NCBI GenBank assembly: GCA_029978905.1
Contig: JAPOIM010000002.1
Location: 65,507 to 129,506 of the forward strand
DNA length: 64,000 bases
DNA from: Planctomycetota bacterium
GTDB taxonomy: Bacteria > Planctomycetota > Planctomycetia > Pirellulales > UBA1268
Direction of reading: 5' to 3'
Position 1 is the stretch's first letter. Each line of letters begins with the position of its first letter. The position numbers were made by a program, and so were the translations under genes. Positions 57,226-64,000 of this stretch are shown here, one piece after another. Under the pieces are notes generated by a model. It was not told where the DNA came from and ran no database searches. It saw only the letters and a program-made list of their open reading frames with translations.

Positions 57226-58659
57226 ATGCTGCCCTTCACGCATCACCTCCGCGGCGTGGCTCTTGTGCTCGCGTCTACCTACGGGCTGTTGCTTCCAGCG
57301 GTCGCAGATGACGCGGCCTGCAACTACGCCATCGTGGTTTCGTCGTCGACCCTCCACGACCCAGCGTGGAGCCGCGTGGTGGATGCCCTGGTCGCGAAGC
57401 ATCAGGCGCGGCAGCCGCGGGTGTTCGTCCACCGAGGCTCGGGTCCAAGCGAAGTGATCGCGCAACTCGCCGCTTGCATGCCCACCTACACCTGTTTCGT
57501 GGCCACCCCCGCCGAGGCCACCCGTACCTTCGTGGCCGAGGTCCACCAGCTGACCCGTGCCTTCGACGAGGATCCCTACGCCGACACGCTGTGGGGCATC
57601 CTCACCGGCTTCGATGCGGAGAATGCCTTCAGGATCGCGAGCCACACCGAGCCTTTGGTGATCGAGCAGGTCACCTCCGGCACCGAACTGGCGATGGACC
57701 GAGTGACGGAAGGGGCGTGGTTTTCCGAGCTCGAGCAGAACCTGATGGTGGTCAAGTCGCGCGGCGAGAACGCCCATCCCGCCCACGCCGACAATGACAC
57801 CACGGCTGCCATCGCCGCCCGGCTCCGCGACGGCTCGACCGATCTGTTTGTCACGTCCGGCCACGCCACCGAGCGCGACTGGCAAATCGGGTTTCGTTTT
57901 CGCAACGGCTCTTTTCGTTCCCAAGGGGGCAAGCTCTTTGGCGTCGACTCCGCCGGCACCGAGTTCGCGATCGCCTCGGAAAACCCCAAGGTCTGGATGC
58001 CCATCGGCAACTGCCTGGCGGGCCACATCGACGGGCCTGATGCGCTCGCTTTGGCCTTCATGAACGCCGCGGGCGTGCACCAAATGCTCGGCTACACCGT
58101 CCCCACCTGGTTTGGCTACGCCGGCTGGGGGTGCCTCGACTACTTCGTGGAGCAGCCCGGGCGTTACACCCTCGCTGAAGCCTTTCACGCAAACGCCCAC
58201 GCCTTGACCTACGAGCTCGAGCGGCTTGAAGCGGATAAGGCACCGCAGGCGAGCCTTCGCGGCCTGCAGTTTGATCGAGACGTGGTGGCTTTTTATGGCG
58301 ACCCTGCCTGGGAGGCCAGGATGGCCCCTGGCCCACTCAACTACTCCCAAGCGCTTACGAGCCAATCGCGGGCCGATGGCCGCGTGGAACTCACGTTTGA
58401 GATCTCACCCGAGCGTGGCCGCGACACCTTCCTCCCAGTCAACACGAACGGTTCCCAGCGAGGCGGCCGACCCATGCTCGCGTATCTTCCCCAGCGACTT
58501 CTCGATCTTCGCCTTGAGGAAGGCGAGAGTTGTCACCCGGTGCTCAACGACCGTTTCGTGCTGGTTCCAAACCCTGGCGCGTCGTTTGAGGGCGAGGCAT
58601 TTCGGGTGGTCTTTTCTGGCCTGCCGGTTGATTCACTGAATGAAAAGGACGCTCTGTGA
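57226..58659 (+). CDS. Secreted hypothetical protein, peptidase C25/clan CD-like
   Basis: Signal peptide; FVTSGHA, IGNCLAG, GYTVPTW, FYGDPAW resemble the gingipain His, Cys and LGDP motifs. Confidence 0.5.
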   Translation: MLPFTHHLRGVALVLASTYGLLLPAVADDAACNYAIVVSSSTLHDPAWSRVVDALVAKHQARQPRVFVHRGSGPSEVIAQLAACMPTYTCFVATPAEATRTFVAEVHQLTRAFDEDPYADTLWGILTGFDAENAFRIASHTEPLVIEQVTSGTELAMDRVTEGAWFSELEQNLMVVKSRGENAHPAHADNDTTAAIAARLRDGSTDLFVTSGHATERDWQIGFRFRNGSFRSQGGKLFGVDSAGTEFAIASENPKVWMPIGNCLAGHIDGPDALALAFMNAAGVHQMLGYTVPTWFGYAGWGCLDYFVEQPGRYTLAEAFHANAHALTYELERLEADKAPQASLRGLQFDRDVVAFYGDPAWEARMAPGPLNYSQALTSQSRADGRVELTFEISPERGRDTFLPVNTNGSQRGGRPMLAYLPQRLLDLRLEEGESCHPVLNDRFVLVPNPGASFEGEAFRVVFSGLPVDSLNEKDAL

Positions 58660-59807
58660 CCGAAGCGTGCCACGTTGACGTTTTCACGCACCTGGCCAAC
58701 TGGATCGGGCGCCAGCCGGAGTTGGCCTCGGCGGCCCCCGGTCGCATCAACCTGATCGGCGAACATGTCGACTACCAAGGTGGGCTCGTCCTGCCTGCGG
58801 CGATCGACCTCGGTGTGTATGCGGCGGCGGTCCGCATTGACGAGCCCGTGCTCCGTTTGCACACCTCGTTTCGTGGCGGGGCGGAAGTGGAGCTTCCACT
58901 CGACGCGTTGGCACCGCTCGACGGAGCGTCGTCCTGGGCGAACTATCCCCTGGGCGTTGCGGCCTGTTACCGAAAGGCTGGCCACGAGACTGGCGGACTG
59001 GCCATCGCCTTTGACGCGACGCTCCCCGCCGGTGCCGGCTTGAGCAGCAGCGCCGCGTTTGAAGCCGCGACAGCGGTGATCGTCGAACAGGCTCTCGGCA
59101 TCGAACTTCCGCCGCGCGAACGGGCGCTGCTTTGTCAGCAAGCCGAACACGCCTATGCGGGCGTGCCTTGTGGCATCATGGATCAACTTGCGGTCAACGC
59201 GGGGCATGTTGGGCACGCGCTGCTCATCGACTGCCAATCGCTGAGCGTCACCCCCACTCCCCTGCCAGAAGGTGTGGCGATGGTGGTGGTCGACAGTGGA
59301 GTCAAACACGCCCTCGCCGACGGCGAGTACGCGAAGCGTCGCGCGGATTGCGAACAGGCAGCGTCGATCCTGGGCGTTGGCTGCCTCCGCGAAGCCTCGC
59401 TGGCCGATGTGGAAGCCGCGCACGCGACCCTTGGCGACCGTGTCTTCCGCCGAGCCCGCCACGTGGTGAGCGAGATCGAGCGGACGCGTCGCTTTGCCAC
59501 AGCGATGGCGACCGGTGAGCTTCAGGCCGCGGCCGCCCTGATGGCCGCAAGCCACGCCTCCCTGCGGGACGACTACGAGGTGAGCTGCCCTGAACTCGAC
59601 ACGTTAGTCGAAATCGCCAACACCCTCGGTGTGGCGGGCGCGCGGATGATGGGCGGGGGATTTGGTGGCAGCACGATCCAGTTGGTCCCGGCATCGGCGG
59701 CGGTCGACCTCGCCCGCGCGATCGAAGTGGCAGCCACGGCGAAGGGGCTCCGTGTCTCGGCGTTCCCCGTGAACGCCGCAGCTGCGGCCGCGCCGGTTGC
59801 GTTGTAG
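58656..59807 (+). CDS. galK: Galactokinase
   Basis: APGRINLIGEHVDY, PAGAGLSSSAA, GVPCGIMDQ, GEYAKRR, RARHVVSE, SLRDDYEVS, GARMMGGGFGG. Confidence 0.95.
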   Translation: MTEACHVDVFTHLANWIGRQPELASAAPGRINLIGEHVDYQGGLVLPAAIDLGVYAAAVRIDEPVLRLHTSFRGGAEVELPLDALAPLDGASSWANYPLGVAACYRKAGHETGGLAIAFDATLPAGAGLSSSAAFEAATAVIVEQALGIELPPRERALLCQQAEHAYAGVPCGIMDQLAVNAGHVGHALLIDCQSLSVTPTPLPEGVAMVVVDSGVKHALADGEYAKRRADCEQAASILGVGCLREASLADVEAAHATLGDRVFRRARHVVSEIERTRRFATAMATGELQAAAALMAASHASLRDDYEVSCPELDTLVEIANTLGVAGARMMGGGFGGSTIQLVPASAAVDLARAIEVAATAKGLRVSAFPVNAAAAAAPVAL

Positions 59808-59846
59808 CCGTCGCCAACGGATCATCCTCCCAATGGATCCACGCCG

Positions 59847-59866
59847 AGCGGGGCTTCTGCCCCGCT
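59847..59866. other. GC-rich hairpin between galK and the GH2 gene (no U-tract)
   Basis: AGCGGGGC-TTCT-GCCCCGCT. Confidence 0.35.
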
Positions 59867-59947
59867 GCTGGATTCGCCAATGCCCGTGCTCACGGACCCG
59901 GCCACGTCTCGTGGTCTGCTGTTCCTGCGATTTTTGAGGTGCCCACG

Positions 59948-62239
59948 ATGACGATTCGCCAGTTGCTCTGCCTGTCTCTCTTCGCCGCGAGTGCGTCTGG
60001 GCTCCTTCCGACCGTGAGCATGGCTCCTCAAGCCCGTGGTGAGTTTGCCGATCCAGCGTGGCAATACACCACCACGGCTCCCGCCGCAGGCTGGGAAAAA
60101 CCTGGCTTCGACGATGCCGGTTGGAAAACTGGCTTCGGTGGTTTTGGTGATCCGTCCACCCCCGGCTCGCGGGTGAGCACCACCTGGTACACGCCAGAGA
60201 TCTGGCTCCGCCGCACCGTGGAACTTGCGAGCGTGCCGGCAGAGCCAGCCTTGCTGATCCACCACGATGAAGACGCCACGATCTTTATCAATGGCGAGAA
60301 GGCCGCCCAATTCGCCGGATACATCACCGAGTTTCAGGTCCACAAACTCGACGCGGCAGCTGCCAAGCTGCTGAAGCCCGGCGCGAATCTGATCGCGGTG
60401 CATTGCACCCAGACCGGTGGTGGCCAGTCGATCGACGTGCATCTCGTCGACGCCACCGCGGTGCCCAACCTGCCTGCAGCCAAGCGCCCCGAGCAGCCGT
60501 TTGTCTCCGAACTCATCACCCGCTGGGGCCGCGAGGTCACCGCGGAAAACGCCTGGCAGGAATACCCTCGCCCCCAACTCGTCCGCGAGAACTGGACGAA
60601 CCTCAATGGCCACTGGAACTACACGATCGCCCCGATCGCTGAGGCCGACGCTCCGCACGGCGAGTGGGACGGGAAGATCCTGGTGCCATTCGCCCTCGAG
60701 TCGAAGCTCTCCGGCGTGCAGCGGCTCCTGCACGAAGACCAGGCCCTCTGGTATTCCCGTGTGATCGACGCCACCGCCAAGGCGGGCCATCGCACACTGC
60801 TGCACTTCGAAGCCTGCGATTACCAGATGACCGCCTGGGTCAACGGCGTCGAGGTAGGCAGCCACACCGGCGGCAACCTGCCCTTCTCCTTCGACATCAC
60901 CGACGCGCTCGGCAAGGCGGCTGACACGAGTGGCAGCGAGTTGCTCATCCGGGTGGAAGACGCGACCGGCGAGTACCAACTCCGCGGCAAGCAACATGTG
61001 CGGCCGCATGGCATTTTCTACACGCAAGTCTCTGGAATCTACGGCACGGTCTGGACCGAAGAGGTGCCCGCGACCTATCTCCGCGACATCGCCGTGACGA
61101 CGACCTGCGATGGAGAAGTCACCTTCATGCTCGAGGTGGTCGGGCCCGTGCAGGAGGTGGAACTCGTGGCCTCGCTCGCTGGCAAGCAGGTCGCCTCGGC
61201 GGAGGTGGCAAACGCCAGTGAACCGATCACGCTGAGCATCGCCAATCCCCAACTCTGGAGCCCAGATTCGCCCACGCTCTACGACCTTGAGATCCGGATT
61301 GGAAGCGATCGCGTGAAGAGCTATTTCGGCATACGCGAGGTCGGTCGCACCAAAGATGCCGACGGTCACTGGCGGTTCACGCTCAACGGCGAGCAGATCT
61401 TCCACTTCGGCCCGCTCGACCAGGGCTGGTGGCCCGACGGACTCCTCACGCCTCCTTCGGACGAGGCGATGCGGTGGGACGTCGACTACCTGAAGGCCGC
61501 CGGATTCAACATGATCCGCAAGCACATCAAGGTGGAACCGCGTCGCTTCTACGCCTACTGCGACCAGGTTGGCATGCTCCTCTGGCAGGACCATGTCGCC
61601 GGCTTCCCCAATCCTCCGTGGACGCACCTCGACCCCAATCCCACCGACCGCGAGTGGCCCGAGTTTGCCCGCACGCAGTTCATGGACGAACTCGACACGA
61701 TGATCACCCAACTCGACACGCACCCAAGCATCGTTGTCTGGGTGCCCTTCAACGAAGCATGGGGGCAGCATCGCACGGTGGAAGTCGGCGAATGGACGGT
61801 GGCCCGCGATCCTTCACGGCTGGTGAACATCGCCAGCGGTGGCAACTTCTGGCCCGCCGGTCACATTGTCGACGAGCACCGCTATCCGCATCCCGACTTT
61901 CCGTTCAATCTTGATGTGAACGGCCGCTTCGACGATTACATCAAGGTGGTCGGCGAGTTCGGCGGTCACGGTCTGCCCGTCCAGGGCCACCTCTGGGACA
62001 ACTCCACCCGCAACTGGGGCTACGGCGGTCTTCCCAAGAACCGCGCGGAGTATCTGGAGCGGTATCAGGAGTCGATCCGCCGGCTGCTGGACCTGCAAAC
62101 CCGTGGAATCTCGGCCGGTGTCTACACGCAGACCACGGACGTCGAAGGCGAAATTAATGGCCTCCTCACCTATGACCGTGAAGCGATCAAGATTCCCGCC
62201 GAAGAACTCAAAGCCATGCACGCCCCGCTCTACAAGTGA
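59948..62239 (+). CDS. Glycoside hydrolase family 2 (beta-galactosidase-like) with extra N-terminal beta-sandwich
   Basis: Signal peptide; EYPRPQL, LNGHW, LHFEACDY, LDQGWWPDG, GFNMIRKHIKVE, VWVPFNEAWGQ (acid/base), VGEFGG (nucleophile), YTQTTDVE. Confidence 0.92.
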   Translation: MTIRQLLCLSLFAASASGLLPTVSMAPQARGEFADPAWQYTTTAPAAGWEKPGFDDAGWKTGFGGFGDPSTPGSRVSTTWYTPEIWLRRTVELASVPAEPALLIHHDEDATIFINGEKAAQFAGYITEFQVHKLDAAAAKLLKPGANLIAVHCTQTGGGQSIDVHLVDATAVPNLPAAKRPEQPFVSELITRWGREVTAENAWQEYPRPQLVRENWTNLNGHWNYTIAPIAEADAPHGEWDGKILVPFALESKLSGVQRLLHEDQALWYSRVIDATAKAGHRTLLHFEACDYQMTAWVNGVEVGSHTGGNLPFSFDITDALGKAADTSGSELLIRVEDATGEYQLRGKQHVRPHGIFYTQVSGIYGTVWTEEVPATYLRDIAVTTTCDGEVTFMLEVVGPVQEVELVASLAGKQVASAEVANASEPITLSIANPQLWSPDSPTLYDLEIRIGSDRVKSYFGIREVGRTKDADGHWRFTLNGEQIFHFGPLDQGWWPDGLLTPPSDEAMRWDVDYLKAAGFNMIRKHIKVEPRRFYAYCDQVGMLLWQDHVAGFPNPPWTHLDPNPTDREWPEFARTQFMDELDTMITQLDTHPSIVVWVPFNEAWGQHRTVEVGEWTVARDPSRLVNIASGGNFWPAGHIVDEHRYPHPDFPFNLDVNGRFDDYIKVVGEFGGHGLPVQGHLWDNSTRNWGYGGLPKNRAEYLERYQESIRRLLDLQTRGISAGVYTQTTDVEGEINGLLTYDREAIKIPAEELKAMHAPLYK

Positions 62240-62376
62240 GCAGCCCCTCTGTTCCCCGAGCACCCAGCGGAGGCACCGGGGGTCGGCGAAAGCTTGAGGA
62301 GCGTTTGAGGCGGAAGGCCTCAGCGACGAAACTTTTGCCGCCTCCGGGGCCGGAGCACCCCTGCTCCACGAGCACC

Positions 62377-63669
62377 TTACGCGGCAAACACGGCGATCAG
62401 CTTGAACACGGTCCGCGCGGTGAGCAGCGTGGTCACCACGAGACCGAGCGACGCCATCACGAGCATCCAGCAAGGAATCGTACGAGGGCCCGTCAGCTCG
62501 GGGCGCGTTGCGAGATAGAGCAGCGTGGCAGCGAGTGCCGGCAGTCCGAGTACAGTGGAGGCCTGTGCGATGGTGATCGCAGCCACCGGCTGGATCCCCA
62601 TGACCTGGCAAGCGATGGCGATCCCCATGGCGATCAGAAGGGCGGCCAGCGTGGCGTGCTTGGTGCCGCGATCGTTCATGGTTTCCCCAAAGCCGAAGCC
62701 GTCGGCAAGCATGTTGCCTCCGATCAAGGCGTTCACCATGAAGGCTCCAAAGCCACCGGCAAAGATGCCGGTGCTAAAGACGAGTGCCGCGTAGCGACCG
62801 AAGAGGGGCTCAAACTGCTTTGCCACGTCGCTGACGTTGGTCAGGCTTGCGGGATCGACCTCGGTGCCGTGGAGGGCTGCAGCGGCGGTGCTCATCAGGA
62901 TCACCGACACCCCGCCGAGCACGCTGATTCCAGCCAGCGAGTCGATCATTCCCTTGCGGGCGTCGGCAATGCCCCAGCCGCGAGCCCGCACGTTATAGGC
63001 CTGGTAAAAGGCGCCCGCCACGGAAAAAGTGGTGGCCACGAGTGCTTGCAGCACGGTCACGTTCGCGTCGGCCTTCGGCGAGAGGAGCATGCCGAAGCCG
63101 CCCTCAGGTGGTGACGGGATCAGCCCGCGCAGCATGGCGCCGAGATCGGGACGGGCGAGGACAAAGTTGACCAAAAAGGAGCCGACGACCACCAGCACAA
63201 TCCCCTTCAGGAGCTTTTCGACTGGCTTGTAGAGGTTGCCGAAACGGTAGATCACGGCGATCACAAATGCATTCACGAGCAGGAGCACGACCACCGGCAT
63301 GACCGGCGACCCATCGCTCCCCAAAGGCAGGCCAAACGCCTGGAGGGCGGCGATCACGGCGATGTTGTTGCTCACCTGAAAGCCAACCACGACGAGAAAC
63401 AGGCAGAGCCCTACAAAGGCTGCCACGCCTCGCCCCAGTCGCGCCGCCACTTCACCGAGGAGCGTGCGTTCATACACCACGCCAAGGCGGGCGGAGAGCA
63501 CGATCATGCCCCACATCAGCGCGGCGGCCGACACCACGACCCAGAGCATGGAGTAGCCGTAGATGGCCCCTGTCTTGGAGCTCATCAGCATGCTGCCTGG
63601 CCCACAGACGACAGCGGCCACAATGATGGCTGGGCCGATCGAGCGGAGGATGGAGAGGAGTCCCTGCAT
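62377..63669 (-). CDS. Nramp-related APC-fold transporter lacking the DPGN motif
   Basis: IGPAIIVAAVVCGPGS, GAIYGYSMLW, about 11 TM helices, TTFSVAGAFYQAY. Confidence 0.78.
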   Translation of the reverse strand: MQGLLSILRSIGPAIIVAAVVCGPGSMLMSSKTGAIYGYSMLWVVVSAAALMWGMIVLSARLGVVYERTLLGEVAARLGRGVAAFVGLCLFLVVVGFQVSNNIAVIAALQAFGLPLGSDGSPVMPVVVLLLVNAFVIAVIYRFGNLYKPVEKLLKGIVLVVVGSFLVNFVLARPDLGAMLRGLIPSPPEGGFGMLLSPKADANVTVLQALVATTFSVAGAFYQAYNVRARGWGIADARKGMIDSLAGISVLGGVSVILMSTAAAALHGTEVDPASLTNVSDVAKQFEPLFGRYAALVFSTGIFAGGFGAFMVNALIGGNMLADGFGFGETMNDRGTKHATLAALLIAMGIAIACQVMGIQPVAAITIAQASTVLGLPALAATLLYLATRPELTGPRTIPCWMLVMASLGLVVTTLLTARTVFKLIAVFAA

Positions 63670-63713
63670 GCCAAACCTTCCTGCTCAAAGAGCCAAGCGC
63701 CGCGGCCTACGGC

Positions 63714-64000
63714 TCAGTACTTGAAGCCAACACCGACGTCGATCCCGTCGGCGGAGAGTGCCGACGTCACGTTTGTTCCTGGGATAGGTCCCTGCGGTGA
63801 CTGCCACGGACCACTCACGCTGCCGCTGAAAAAGTGTGCGTAGGCCACCGACACATTAAAGCTCTTTGAGATGTCGTAGGTACCACCAAGCGTCAGCGCT
63901 TGCTGCATCACGAATGGCGAGGCCACGTTGGCGAATGCCTGATCCGAACCAATGGGCTTCGTGTTGTAGGAGTAACCGATCCGCAGCCGCGTCGCCTCAT
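63714..64000 (-). CDS. FadL/OmpP1/TodX-like outer-membrane transporter, C-terminal fragment (5' part outside window)
   Basis: Frame stays open to the window edge: RLRIGYSYNTKPI...LTLGGTYDI...VSVAYAHFF...DVGVGFKY (terminal aromatic residue). Confidence 0.65.
   Translation of the reverse strand, partial: EATRLRIGYSYNTKPIGSDQAFANVASPFVMQQALTLGGTYDISKSFNVSVAYAHFFSGSVSGPWQSPQGPIPGTNVTSALSADGIDVGVGFKY

Noticed and set aside
59822-61771. 649-aa antisense ORF over the GH2 gene, and similar long shadows at 10271-12022, 16347-18245, 29223-31040 and 53011-54522
   Set aside because: Each mirrors a well-supported gene on the other strand and has no family motifs of its own.
1-64000. Mobile elements, prophage, tRNA/rRNA or defence systems
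   Set aside because: No transposase, integrase, phage, cas, restriction-modification or toxin-antitoxin motifs, and no tRNA cloverleaf or rRNA-like sequence, were recognised.

Overview
This is a high-GC, gene-dense chromosomal window, almost certainly from a planctomycete. Markers: a PSD1/PSCyt + DUF1501 pair, a PVC-type CxxCH heme protein, an 'LESRAMLA' surface protein, a BBP2 porin, PQQ-like propellers and three sulfatases. About 48 CDS are supportable. No rRNA, tRNA, CRISPR array, transposase or integrase was seen. Themes are glycan/sulfate degradation (GH106, GH2, galK, sulfatases, esterase), nitrogen assimilation (sigma54-preceded type II glutamine synthetase, eat-eutBC, flavin amine oxidase), envelope proteins (M48 + three AIM24 genes, LemA/DUF2207) and signalling. 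The most unusual region is 42.1-45.5 kb. There a sigma54 -24/-12 promoter, phased A-tracts and five helically phased 17-bp palindromes lie upstream of an unannotated 42-aa membrane peptide, a small secreted protein, two paralogous pseudo-receiver proteins and a PEP-CTERM protein. Beside it is a protein that appears to fuse an Lcp/MpaB-type heme domain to a degenerate cNMP-binding domain. All family assignments come from recognising motifs by eye; no database searches were run.
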